Positions 39,949 through 49,514 of a DNA stretch of 64,000 bases are shown one piece after another. Position 1 is the stretch's first letter. Each line of letters begins with the position of its first letter. Source of the DNA: Pseudonocardiales bacterium (GTDB taxonomy: Bacteria > Actinomycetota > Actinomycetes > Mycobacteriales > Pseudonocardiaceae). The notes beneath the pieces are model-generated. The model did no database searches. It was not told the origin of the DNA and was given only the letters and a program-made list of their open reading frames with translations. Where the stretch lies: contig QHBY01000446.1 of assembly GCA_003244245.1 (NCBI GenBank), positions 4,946-68,945 on the forward strand. The letters are read 5' to 3'. Made by a program: the position numbers and the translations under genes.

Positions 39949-41628
39949 TTACGGGCCGGGAGTGAACTCCGCCACCACCGGTTCGAACAGCTTCATCCGC
40001 CCGGCGCCCTCGCGCTCGGTTGGCACGGTGACCGAGACCATCCACACATCTGCCTTGACCGGGAGCAGCCGCAGGTAGGTGGTACGGCGCAGATCACCGC
40101 CCTCCTGGGTCCGGAACGTGGCGTCCAGCGCACCGCCGGACAGTTTCTGTCGCTGGGTCTCGACGAGCTCGGGCACTGCTTGCGCCAGCTTGCGCAGGTA
40201 GCTGGTCAGGTATTGGTCGACGCCACCGCCGGCCAGCGCGCCGGTGAGCCGCTCGACAGCGACGACCTCCGAGCCGTCCGGGGACACGAAGCGTGCCACG
40301 GTGTCCGAGTTGAACCCGAGCGCCCGCTGCTCGACGAACACCGGCCAGTCCTGCGGAACGGTCACCGTCAACCGGACCGGCGGGGTGCCGGCCGGCTCGG
40401 CGACCAGAAGCGTTCTGGGGATGAGCACAACGTCATCGGCACTCGTGCCCACTGCGGGCCGGGCTCTCAGATTGGGCACGGGTGGCTGGCCGCCAGCCAC
40501 CCGGATGGCCCCGAAACCGGTGATCGCGGCGCCGGAAAACAGCACCACGGCCGAGGTCCACAGCAATGCTCTGCGTCCAGCGCCGGTGGCCTTGACTCGA
40601 CGTGGCGCGGTGTGGCTGTTAGCGGTGTGCGGATCAGCGCTTGACGCCACGGCGAAGGGCAGCGGGCCCGGGTCTGTTGCCAGCTGCCCGGGATCTCTGC
40701 GCGGTTTCTCGGGCGGCCGCTCGGGCGCTTTCTCAGGCGCTGCTGGGGTGTTTTCGGCGACGCGCACGGGGCCAGTAGCCGCGACCGAGCGCGTCGCTGA
40801 TTGGTGATCAGCAGGTTCGGGTGGCGCCCCCAGCAGCCGGCGTACCTGCGACAGTGGTATCCGGCGCGTGGGGTCCTTGACCAGCAACCCGCTGATCACC
40901 TCGGCGAGCGGGCCGGAACACGACGTCGTGGGTACCTCGTCGTGCACCACCGCGGCCACCGTCGCCATCGCGGTGCCCGCGTCGTAGGGGGGCCTGCCCT
41001 CGACCGCGGCGAACAGCGTCGCGCCGAGCCCCCACAGGTCCGCCGCAGGGTTGATCGGCCCACCGGAGGCGATCTCAGGAGCGATGTAAGCGGGGGAGCC
41101 CAGCATCAGGCCGGTAGCGGTCAACGTCTGATCGGCCGGATTGCGGGCGATCCCGAAGTCGGTGAGCTTGATCCGGCCATCGTGTGCCATCAGGACGTTG
41201 CCGGGCTTGACGTCGCGGTGGGTGATGCCCGCGGCGTGCGCGGCCTGCAGAGCCGCCGCCACCGCGGCCCCGATAGCGATCACCCGATGCGGCGGCAAAG
41301 CGCCGTCGCGCAACAGCTCCGCCAGGCTGGCCGATGCCACCAACTCCATCACCACGAAGGGCGCCGCGCCCTCACGGGCCACGTCGTAGAGGGTCACCAC
41401 GTTGGGGTGCGACAGCGCGGCGATCGCTCTGGCCTCCCGCAACGACCGCTCCCGCAGCGCGTCCGCCTCGGCGTCCGGGATGCCGGGCGGCAGCAGCACT
41501 TCCTTGACCGCAACCGGCCGCCCCAGCACCTCATCGCGCGCGGACCAGACCGTGCCCATGGTTCCCCGGCCCAGCACCGCGCCGAGCCGGTAGCGCCCGG
41601 CCACCAAGCGGGATGCGGTGTTGGTCAC
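39949..41628 (-). CDS. Ser/Thr protein kinase with one TM helix and a ~190-aa extracytoplasmic domain of unknown type
   Basis: Hanks kinase motifs ([36 protein letters not shown]). TM helix [25 protein letters not shown] 41628 (ATG 41673 is the alternative). The rest of ORF 39949..42915 is antisense to the mutase gene. Confidence 0.85.
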   Translation of the reverse strand: MTNTASRLVAGRYRLGAVLGRGTMGTVWSARDEVLGRPVAVKEVLLPPGIPDAEADALRERSLREARAIAALSHPNVVTLYDVAREGAAPFVVMELVASASLAELLRDGALPPHRVIAIGAAVAAALQAAHAAGITHRDVKPGNVLMAHDGRIKLTDFGIARNPADQTLTATGLMLGSPAYIAPEIASGGPINPAADLWGLGATLFAAVEGRPPYDAGTAMATVAAVVHDEVPTTSCSGPLAEVISGLLVKDPTRRIPLSQVRRLLGAPPEPADHQSATRSVAATGPVRVAENTPAAPEKAPERPPEKPRRDPGQLATDPGPLPFAVASSADPHTANSHTAPRRVKATGAGRRALLWTSAVVLFSGAAITGFGAIRVAGGQPPVPNLRARPAVGTSADDVVLIPRTLLVAEPAGTPPVRLTVTVPQDWPVFVEQRALGFNSDTVARFVSPDGSEVVAVERLTGALAGGGVDQYLTSYLRKLAQAVPELVETQRQKLSGGALDATFRTQEGGDLRRTTYLRLLPVKADVWMVSVTVPTEREGAGRMKLFEPVVAEFTPGP

Positions 41629-41682
41629 GCGCCCATGATGCCCTGCGTTGTGGTCACCGCCCGCGTGTGTCATACAGATGTG

Positions 41683-43290
41683 ATGGTGGACAAGACATCC
41701 CCGAACACCGCCCCGAAGACGGCTCAGTCGGGCTTCGCGGTCAAGCCGGTGTATCACCCAACGGATATCGCCGACGGGTTGGCGCAGCGGCTGGGCGAGC
41801 CCGGGGAGTTCCCGTTCACCCGTGGGGTGTATCCCGCCATGTACACCCAGCGTCGGTGGACGATGCGCCAGTACGCCGGCTACGGCAGCGCCACCGAGTC
41901 CAACGCCCGCTACCACCAGCTCCTGCGGGCTGGCCAGACCGGCTTGTCGGTGGCCTTCGACCTGCCCACACAGATGGGTTACGACTCCGACGAGGCGATC
42001 GCGCACGGCGAGGTCGGCAAGGTCGGGGTTGCCATCGACTCGATCGAGGACATGCGGACGCTGTTCGACGGGATCCCGCTGGATGAGGTGTCCACCTCGA
42101 TGACGATCAACGCTCCCGCGAGCGTGCTGCTGCTGCTCTATCAACTGGTGGGCGAGCAGCACGCGGTGTCCGGCTCGAAGCTGACCGGGACGATCCAGAA
42201 CGACGTGCTCAAGGAGTACATCGCGCGGGGTACCTATATCTACCCGCCGGCCCAGTCCCTGCGGCTCACCTCGGACATCTTCGCTTATTGCCAGGCCGAG
42301 ATCCCGCAATGGAACACCATCTCGATCTCGGGATATCACATGGCCGAGGCGGGTGCGAACCCCGCGCAGGAGATCGCCTTCACGCTGGCCAATGGGGTGC
42401 AGTATGTGCAGGCCGCGCTGGACGCCGGGATGGTCGTCGACGAGTTCGCGCCGCGGTTGTCGTTCTTCTTCGTCTCCCGCACCACGTTGCTGGAGGAGGT
42501 CGCGAAGTTCCGGGCCGCCCGGCGAATCTGGGCGCGAATGATGCGGGAGCGTTTCGATGCGCAGCACCCCAAGTCGCTGATGCTGCGATTCCATGCCCAG
42601 ACCGCCGGCGTGCAGCTCACCGCGCAGCAACCCGAGGTCAACATGGTCCGGGTCACCGCGCAGGCGATCGCCGCGGTCCTCGGTGGCGCCCAGTCGTTGC
42701 ACACCAATGCCTACGATGAGGCGATCGCGCTGCCCACGGAGAAGGCCGCCCGGCTGGCGCTGCGAACCCAGCAGGTGCTCGCCTACGAGACCGATCTGAC
42801 GGCCACGGTGGATCCCTTCGCGGGCTCCTACGCGATCGAGGCGATGACCGATGAGGTGGAGGCCGCGGCGGTGGCGTTGATCGAGAAAGTGGACGAGCTG
42901 GGTGGCGCGGTGCACGCTATCGAGGCGGGTTTTCAGAAATCTGAGATAGAACGGACCGCATACCAGACCGCTATGGAGATCGACTCAGGTGACCGGGTGG
43001 TGGTCGGGCTCAACCGGTACCGGCTCGACACCGAGGATCCTTACCAGCCGCTTCGGGTGGATCCGGCGATCGAGGACAGTGCCCGGGAGCGGCTTGCCAC
43101 GCTGCGCTCGTCGCGATCCGCCGCGGAGGTCGATCGGGCGCTGGATGAGCTGCGACGCGCCGCCAAGGACGTCGCCAGCAACGTGCTGTACCCGATGAAG
43201 CGGGCGCTCGCCGCCCGCGCCACGGTCGGTGAGGTGTGTCACGCGTTGCGCGACGTCTGGGGTACCTACGTACCGCCGGAGGGGTTCTAA
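41683..43290 (+). CDS. methylmalonyl-CoA mutase family large (substrate-binding) subunit, no B12-binding domain
   Basis: ..[61 protein letters not shown].. is the acyl-CoA mutase TIM-barrel signature. It ends ..[16 protein letters not shown].. without a cobalamin domain. Confidence 0.85.
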   Translation: MVDKTSPNTAPKTAQSGFAVKPVYHPTDIADGLAQRLGEPGEFPFTRGVYPAMYTQRRWTMRQYAGYGSATESNARYHQLLRAGQTGLSVAFDLPTQMGYDSDEAIAHGEVGKVGVAIDSIEDMRTLFDGIPLDEVSTSMTINAPASVLLLLYQLVGEQHAVSGSKLTGTIQNDVLKEYIARGTYIYPPAQSLRLTSDIFAYCQAEIPQWNTISISGYHMAEAGANPAQEIAFTLANGVQYVQAALDAGMVVDEFAPRLSFFFVSRTTLLEEVAKFRAARRIWARMMRERFDAQHPKSLMLRFHAQTAGVQLTAQQPEVNMVRVTAQAIAAVLGGAQSLHTNAYDEAIALPTEKAARLALRTQQVLAYETDLTATVDPFAGSYAIEAMTDEVEAAAVALIEKVDELGGAVHAIEAGFQKSEIERTAYQTAMEIDSGDRVVVGLNRYRLDTEDPYQPLRVDPAIEDSARERLATLRSSRSAAEVDRALDELRRAAKDVASNVLYPMKRALAARATVGEVCHALRDVWGTYVPPEGF

Positions 43291-43377
43291 CCCCGACGCG
43301 GTGAACAACCGTGCGCGACCGGTAGGCACAATGTCTCGACGCCGCGAGGCGTCGGCGACCGCCGCGGGAGGTGCTGG

Positions 43378-44610
43378 GTGACACTGCTGAGGTCCGGTCT
43401 GCTCCCCGTCGGAGCGCCGCTGGATATCGGCGCCGGTCGCGGCCCGTCCTGGCTGGATGACTGGCTGTCGAGCCATGGCGCCGACCTAGTCGCCTGGCGC
43501 AGACACCTCCACGCCAATCCGGAACTGGCCTACCAGGAACACAGCACTACCGCACTGATCGCCGGGTACCTCAGCAGCGCCGGTCTTGCGCCCACGCTGC
43601 TGCCCGGTGGCACCGGGCTGGTCTGTGACGTCGGCGCTGGTTCGCGGTGCGTCGCCCTGCGCGCCGACATCGACGCGCTGCCCGTCTCGGAGGCCACCGG
43701 GCTGCCGTTCGCCTCCACTGTGGACGGCAGGATGCACGCCTGCGGGCACGACGCGCACACCGCGATCCTGATCGGCGCAGGGCTTGCCCTGGCGTCGGCT
43801 CCGGCGTTGCCCGGCCGGATCCGGATGATCTTCCAGCCGGCTGAGGAAGTGATGCCCGGCGGCGCATTGAACGTGGTCGCTGCCGCCGGACTGTCCAGCG
43901 TGGACCGGATTTTCGCGCTGCACTGCGATCCCCGGTTGGCGGTCGGCCACGTGGGCACCCGGATCGGGCCGATCACCTCGGCGTCCGACCTGCTCGAGCT
44001 ACGGCTGTCGTCGCCCGGCGGGCACACGGCGCGCCCGCACCTCACCGCCGATCTGGTGCACGCCCTCGGAACCGTGGTCATCGGCTTACCTTCGCTGCTG
44101 TCGCGGCGAGTCGACCCGCGGTCGGGCACCCTGCTCGTCTGGGGGGCGGTGCAGGCCGGCGAAGCCGCGAACATCGTCCCGCAGGAGGGGCTGCTTCGTG
44201 GCGTCCTGCGCACCGGGGACCGCAGGGTCTGGGCCGATCTGGAGCCGCTGGTACGTGAGCTGGTCACCGCCCTGCTGGCGCCCACCGGGGTGGGCTTCGA
44301 CCTGCGTCACGTCCGCGGCGTGCCGCCGGTAGTCAACGAGGCGGTCAGTACGGAGCTGCTGCGTGACGGTGTCGCCTCGGCGCTGGGTGGTGAGGCGGTG
44401 GCTGCTACCGAGCAGTCCTCCGGTGGTGAGGACTTCGGCTGGTACCTCGAACACGTGCCCGGATCGATGGGCCGCCTTGGCGTCTGGTCGGGTGAGGGCG
44501 CGCACCGCGACCTGCACCAGCCCACCTTTGACCTCGACGAACGCGCGCTGCCGCTGGGCGTGCGGGTCATGGTGCACACGGCGCTGGCCGCCCTCGCCCG
44601 GGATTACTGA
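43378..44610 (+). CDS. M20 family amidohydrolase (N-acyl-L-amino-acid amidohydrolase, AmiA/AmiB-like)
   Basis: ..WRRHLHANPELAYQEHSTTALIAGYL..ALRADIDALPV..MHACGHDAHTA..FQPAEE.. Confidence 0.8.
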   Translation: MTLLRSGLLPVGAPLDIGAGRGPSWLDDWLSSHGADLVAWRRHLHANPELAYQEHSTTALIAGYLSSAGLAPTLLPGGTGLVCDVGAGSRCVALRADIDALPVSEATGLPFASTVDGRMHACGHDAHTAILIGAGLALASAPALPGRIRMIFQPAEEVMPGGALNVVAAAGLSSVDRIFALHCDPRLAVGHVGTRIGPITSASDLLELRLSSPGGHTARPHLTADLVHALGTVVIGLPSLLSRRVDPRSGTLLVWGAVQAGEAANIVPQEGLLRGVLRTGDRRVWADLEPLVRELVTALLAPTGVGFDLRHVRGVPPVVNEAVSTELLRDGVASALGGEAVAATEQSSGGEDFGWYLEHVPGSMGRLGVWSGEGAHRDLHQPTFDLDERALPLGVRVMVHTALAALARDY

Positions 44611-45163
44611 GTCAAGACAAGCGCGGAGTGACTAGGTGGTCGCGCGGTGCACAGGGCGCTTGGCGCAAGGTCAACAGTGCGTTGGCGGTCGTCACTCGCT
44701 GTAGCCGGATTCGGTAGACGCTAGGTAGCCATCGCGAGTGTTCCCGGGTAGTAATCCACGAGATCCTTCGCAATCATCGCGGGTGCTGCCGCAAACCGGG
44801 TGCGACGGGCTCGCCCTCCAACCAGTAGCGAACCGTACCGCGGCGGCGTCAGCACTCCTGCGCTCACCGTCGGCATGGCGTCTCACCAGCGGCGGGGCGG
44901 GTGGGGTGGCAGCTGGGCAACGCCGTGCGGCGTCGAGTGCGTGGGTACCGGAGTTGCGGTGAACTCGGTAACTCTTCACCCGTGCTTAGGTGGTCGAAAA
45001 AACGGCCTCACGGTATAGGTGACGGAATGCGAAATTAGGTGGCGGATAGATGTTGTCAGGCGACCGACTTCTCGCCAGAGTATGTATTAGCCAAATCGGC
45101 GGATGAAAGTCGAAGAGGCACTTCTGTTCCGGCCCGTTGTGGGCAATTTCCAAGGAGGAATGC

Positions 45164-45424
45164 ATGTCTAACGCATTGAGCTTCGCCGACGTCGATGGCC
45201 AGCACGTGGAGCTGCTCCCGGCTCGCACCGTCATGTCCGCGTTCCGGGCTTGCGGCTGCGAGGGCGGCAGCCACGGGGGCAACGGCGGTGTCGGCGGTAA
45301 CGGTGGCTCCGCCCAGGGTGGCCTCGGCATCAACGTTCTGAGTGGCATCGGCGTCCTGGGCACTGGCACCGCCAGCGCCGGTGACGCGGCCGGCGGCAAC
45401 GGTGGCTCCGCTAACGGTGGCTGA
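45164..45424 (+). CDS. orphan small Gly/Asn/Ser-rich protein (86 aa), unknown function
   Basis: AAGGAGG lies 6 nt upstream of ATG 45164. MSNALSFADVDGQHVELLPARTVMSAFRACGCEGGSHGGNGGVGGNGGSAQGGLGINVLSGIGVLGTGTASAGDAAGGNGGSANGG. No signal peptide. It is the only convincing ORF in a ~1 kb lower-GC gap. Confidence 0.5.
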   Translation: MSNALSFADVDGQHVELLPARTVMSAFRACGCEGGSHGGNGGVGGNGGSAQGGLGINVLSGIGVLGTGTASAGDAAGGNGGSANGG

Positions 45425-45607
45425 GCCAACGGTAGCTGAACCGTATTTATCGGTGTGATGGCGGTTATCACTTGCGGTGGCGTTTGCTAGGGGACGACAC
45501 CGTCAATAGCCGGCGGCAACGCGGAAGGTGGTACTGGGGCAGCCGACTACCCCTCCAGTCGTGCAGTACCTCCGCGCGATGACTGATCGCGTGCAATGCC
45601 GTCGGCC

Positions 45608-45652
45608 CTGAAAGGGGCGGCCGCTATGCGGCCGCCCCTTTCAGCTTTTTTC
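45608..45652 (+). terminator. canonical intrinsic terminator
   Basis: CTGAAAGGGGCGGCCGC-TAT-GCGGCCGCCCCTTTCAG is a perfect 17-bp stem, followed by CTTTTTTCC. Confidence 0.8.
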
Positions 45653-45675
45653 CGGGATAGTCCACGCCTGGAAGG

Positions 45676-46128
45676 TCATGGGCCGATGCCCGCGCAGGGA
45701 CGGCTGCGTAGCTCGGTGGCGTAGTCCTCCGGGGCACCAGCGGCCTCAGCGGCGTCGGCGATGACGCCGAGGTAGCGCGCCGACGGCAGGCCGCCTTCGT
45801 AGGCGTCCAGCACGTAGAGCCAGGCGAGCACCGATCCGTCGAGCGTGTGCACCCGCAGTTTCAACTTCTTGTGCAGCCCGAAGTCCTCGCCTTCCCAGCG
45901 GTCGAGCAGCTTTTCGTCTTCTGGAGTCACGTCGTAGATTACGACGAAGACCTGGGACACGGGGTCTTCCACGACGGTGGCCAGGGCGCCTTCCCAGCCG
46001 ATGTCCTCGCCGCCGAAAGTCAGCCGCCACCCGATCAGCCAGCCGGTCATCGCCGTCGGCGAATGCGGTGCTCGTTGCATCATCTGGGCGGGATCCATGT
46101 TGGACCCATAGGCGGCGTAGAGCGGCAC
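45676..46128 (-). CDS. gamma-glutamylcyclotransferase (AIG2/GGCT-like) family protein
   Basis: MPLYAAYGSNMDPAQMMQRAPHS.. is the YGSNM motif of the GGCT fold. 150 aa. Confidence 0.75.
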   Translation of the reverse strand: MPLYAAYGSNMDPAQMMQRAPHSPTAMTGWLIGWRLTFGGEDIGWEGALATVVEDPVSQVFVVIYDVTPEDEKLLDRWEGEDFGLHKKLKLRVHTLDGSVLAWLYVLDAYEGGLPSARYLGVIADAAEAAGAPEDYATELRSRPCAGIGP

Positions 46129-46289
46129 GCGCGATAGCGTAGCCGCCGCGCGATGTGTCCCAGCGTTCCCGCCACCGCCATTCGGTTACGCCCTGTTCAG
46201 GCGCACGCACTGAGCGTGCTGGGCACGAGGCAACCGCCGGCGTGCTCGCGCGTCTTACTAAGTATCAGGCCGGCATGAGGAGGTTGCGA

Positions 46290-46523
46290 ATGCGGATCGT
46301 TGCTTGCGGGCTGATCGCTGGCGCGGCCCTGCTAGGTGGCGCCCCAATGGCCATGGCCGATGTCACCGGCGGCAGAACCAATGCGGACAGTCAAGCGGCG
46401 CCGCAGGCCGAGGTGAGCATGCTGGCGGTGACGCTTACCGTGGGCGGTGCGGTGGCAACGGCAGGATCCGGCGTGGCGCTGGTGCTGGCCCGGCGGCGCA
46501 CGGTCAGCCGTCCACCCAGTTAA
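46290..46523 (+). CDS. small secreted/membrane-anchored hypothetical protein
   Basis: GAGGAGG lies 5 nt upstream of ATG 46290. Signal-like [23 protein letters not shown] and a C-terminal hydrophobic anchor plus RRR. The 3' end overlaps the glpK 3' end. Confidence 0.4.
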   Translation: MRIVACGLIAGAALLGGAPMAMADVTGGRTNADSQAAPQAEVSMLAVTLTVGGAVATAGSGVALVLARRRTVSRPPS

Positions 46524-48037
46524 GCGTCCGGGTGACCGCCTTGCGCCACTGGCGGTAGAGCTCCTCGCGTCGCTGCAGGTCCATCGTCGGATCCCACTGC
46601 CGGTAGGCCGTCCAGTTGGCCCGAATCTCGTCGGCTCCTGACCAGAACCCGACCGCGAGACCAGCGGCGTAGGCGGCGCCCAACGCGGTGGTCTCGCTGA
46701 TCACGGGTCGGATCACCGGGACGCCCAGAATGTCCGCCTGGAATTGCATGAGCAGCTCGTTGCCCACCATCCCGCCATCCACTTTCAGCGAGGTCAACGT
46801 GGCCCCCCCCGCCGGCTGAGCCGGCAATCCAGCCGCAGTCGGCGTTCATCGCGTCGAGCACCTCGCGGGACTGGAACGCGGTGGCTTCGAGCACCGCCCT
46901 GGCGAGGTGCCCCCGGTTGATGTAACGGGTCAGCCCGACGATGGCGCCACGAGCATCGGAGCGCCAGTGCGGGGCGAACAGCCCGGAAAACGCCGGCACG
47001 AAGTACGCCCCGCCGTTGTCGGCGACGGTAGCCGCCAGCTGCTCGATCTCCGCCGCTGAGGAGATCATGCCCAGGTTGTCCCGCAACCACTGCACCAGCG
47101 ACCCGGTAACCGCGATCGAGCCTTCCAGCGCGTACACGGGGTCCTGCGGCCCGATCTTGTAGCACACCGTGGTGAGCAGCCCGTTGCTGCTTCGCACCTT
47201 CTCTGTGCCGGTGTTGAGCAGCATGAAGTTGCCGGTGCCGTAGGTGTTCTTGGCCTCCCCGACGGACAGGCAGGCCTGCCCGAACGTGGCCGCCTGCTGG
47301 TCACCGAGGATGCCGGCGATGGGCACCCCAGCCAGCACCGCCGGCGCGCGGACCGTCCCGTATACCTCCGACGACGAGCGGATCTGCGGCAGCATCGACA
47401 CCGGCACTCCCATCTCCTGCGCGATGCCGTCGTCCCAGCACAGGGTGTCCAGATCCATCAGCAGGGTCCGTGAGGCGTTGGTGGCGTCGGTGAGGTGCAG
47501 CCCGCCGGACCGGCCGCCGCTGAGGTTCCAGAGCAGCCAGGTGTCGATGGTCCCGAAACACAGTTCACCGTTGCGCGCCCGCTGCCCGGCGCCATCCACT
47601 TCGTCGAGGATCCAGCGGATCTTGGGACCGGAGAAGTAAGTGGACAACGGCAACCCGGTGCGGTGCTGGTACCGGCTGGCGCCGGTGGACCCGCCGAGGT
47701 CGGTGCACAACTCGGCGGTGCGGGTGTCCTGCCACACGATCGCGTTGTACACCGGTTCCCCGCTGAGCCGGTCCCACACCACCGCGGTCTCCCGCTGGTT
47801 GGCGATGCCCACCGCGACGATGTCCCCGGCGGTCAGATCGGCCTTGGCCAGTGCCCCGGCCGCGACCTCGCAAGTATTCGCCCACAACTCCAGGGGGTCG
47901 TGCTCCACCCAGCCAGCTCGCGGGTAGTGCTGCCGGTGCTCACGCTGATCCGCGCTGACCACCCGACCGTCGTGGTCGAACACCATGCAGCGGGTGGATG
48001 TGGTCCCCTGGTCGATCGCCGCGACGTACTGACTCAT
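46504..48037 (-). pseudogene. glpK: glycerol kinase split by a frameshift in a C8 (coding-strand G8) homopolymer
   Basis: The N-terminal 400+ codons (ORF 46520..48037: [21 protein letters not shown]..) are GlpK-like up to ..[11 protein letters not shown]. The conserved C-terminus ..[52 protein letters not shown].. is in ORF 46504..46827. Deleting one C at 46803..46810 rejoins them. Confidence 0.85.
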
Positions 48038-48106
48038 CGCCCCTCCATATCAGTGGTTAGGTCACGCCTCGGTTGCGGATCGTCGGATCCGGGAAGTTCG
48101 GGCAGC

Positions 48107-49335
48107 ATGGGAAACCAACTGCTCCGCCAGCGCCCCGAACGCGGCGTGATCGGCTGGCCCGGCGTTGCGCTCATCGGGGCCGCTTTTGCGGTCACGATGC
48201 TGGGCACCACGCTTCCCACGCCGCTGTATCCGCTTTATGAGAAGGCCTTCGGCTTCGACGAGCTGGTCACCACCGTGGTCTTCGCCGTCATACGCGGTGG
48301 GGGTCACGATCGCCCTGCTGGTGTTCGGGAGTTGGTCGGATCAGCTGGGTAGGCGACCGATGTTGCAGGCTGGGTCTGGCCCTTTCCGGCCTTTCCGCCA
48401 TCGTGTTCCTGTTGGCGGGGGCGCTGGGTTGGCTGTTCGTCGGCCGGGTGCTGTCTGGTCTGTCGGCCGGCATCTTCACCGGGACGGCAACCGCGACGAT
48501 CGTTGACCTTGCTCCGGATCACGGCAAGGCGCGGGCGAGTCTGATTGCGGCCGGGGTGAACATGGGTGGCCTCGGCGCGGGACCGCTGCTGGCCGGGATC
48601 CTGGCGCAGTACGCGCCGCTGCCGCTGCAGCGTGTGCTTCATCGTCGATCTGGGGCTAGTTGCGGTGGCCGTCCTTGGCGTCCAAGCCGTTGCGGAACCC
48701 GGTGCGACGGGCCAGCACGCCGTACCTGCGGCCACAGAAGATCGACTGTGCCGATCGAGATTCGCGGCGTGTTCACCAGGGCGGCGATCGCCGGATTCGC
48801 CGGGTTCGCAGTCCTCGGTTTGTTCACCGCGGTATCCCCGGCCTTTCTCGCTACCGTGCTGCACGAGACCAATCACGCGCTCACCGGTGCCGTGGTGATC
48901 TCCGTATTCATCGCCTCGACAATCGGCCAGTCGCTGTCGTCAACCATCAGCGAGCAGCGCGCCCTCATAGTGGGGTGCGTCGGCCTCATCGCGGGGATGA
49001 TTCTGGTGGGGGCAAGCCTGCCCATCCGTTCGCTGGCAGTGCTCATCGCAGGAGGGGTCATCGCCGGACTCGGCCAAGGCCTGAGCTTCCGGGCCGGGCT
49101 CGGGGCGGTAACCGGCGCCGCGCCCCCGGACAAGCGCGGTGAGATCACCTCAAGCTACTTCGTGATGCTCTACGTTGGCATCGCCATTCCGGTGATCGGC
49201 GAAGGTGCCGCGGCGCAGGCTTTCGGCCTCATCGCCTCCGGCATCGTGTTTGCTGCGCTCGTCGGGATCCTCGCCGCCATCGCGGTCCTGCTACTGGTGC
49301 GTAAAGGGTCGTCGCAGCCACGTGATCACCGTTGA
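48107..49335 (+). pseudogene. MFS transporter, multiple frameshifts
   Basis: MFS sequence is spread over three ORF-track frames: MGNQLLRQ..IGAAFAVTMLGTTLPTPLYPLYEKAFGFDELVTTVVFAV | YAVGVTIALLVFGSWSDQLGRRPML | ..FLLAGALGWLFVGRVLSGLSAGIFTGTATA.. with a further break after ..LAQYAPLPLQ. Confidence 0.75.
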
Positions 49336-49383
49336 TGTGCCTGGGCGACATCTCGTGTCGTCCTGAGCACACAAACCGTGATC
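49322..49383. repeat. nested-palindrome repeat, copy B
   Basis: GTGATCACCGTTGATGTGCC-[TGGGCGACATCTCGTGTCGTCCTGA]-GCACACAAACCGTGATC. The left arm covers the last codons and the TGA (49333..49335) of the MFS pseudogene. Confidence 0.75.
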
Positions 49384-49514
49384 TGCCGGACTGGGAACTG
49401 CCCACCGCGCCCCTCAAGGGGCATCTTCGTGATCTCACGGTGAGACCACGTGGGGCCACCACGCGGTAGCGTGCAGCAGGCGAAGCGGTAAGACGCAGGG
49501 GATGGGACGGACCG

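Noticed and set aside
41629-42915. N-terminal 430 codons of the 988-aa minus ORF (39949..42915), and likewise the first 294 codons of the plus ORF 40801..43290.
   Set aside because: Only the kinase part (39949..41628) and the mutase part (41683..43290) are protein-like. The extensions are each antisense to the other real gene.
44692-44979. 95-aa minus ORF, other short ORFs, and a 51-codon minus ORF ending ..AMIAKDLVDYYPGTLAMAT, all in the lower-GC gap.
   Set aside because: They have no RBS and no family resemblance. Their composition is consistent with random ORFs or untraceable debris.
45041-45090. TTGTCA..TATGTA upstream of the Gly-rich ORF, considered as a RecA-independent (PafBC-type) damage promoter or a sigma-70 -35/-10 pair.
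   Set aside because: The 22-nt spacing fits neither motif (8 nt or ~17 nt expected).
45455-45490. Mini-ORF V-MAVITCGGVC-stop, downstream of and in frame with the Gly-rich ORF, considered as a possible Cys-containing core peptide.
   Set aside because: It is only 11 codons, has no RBS and is separated from the upstream ORF by two stops. It is mentioned in the island finding but cannot be supported as a feature.
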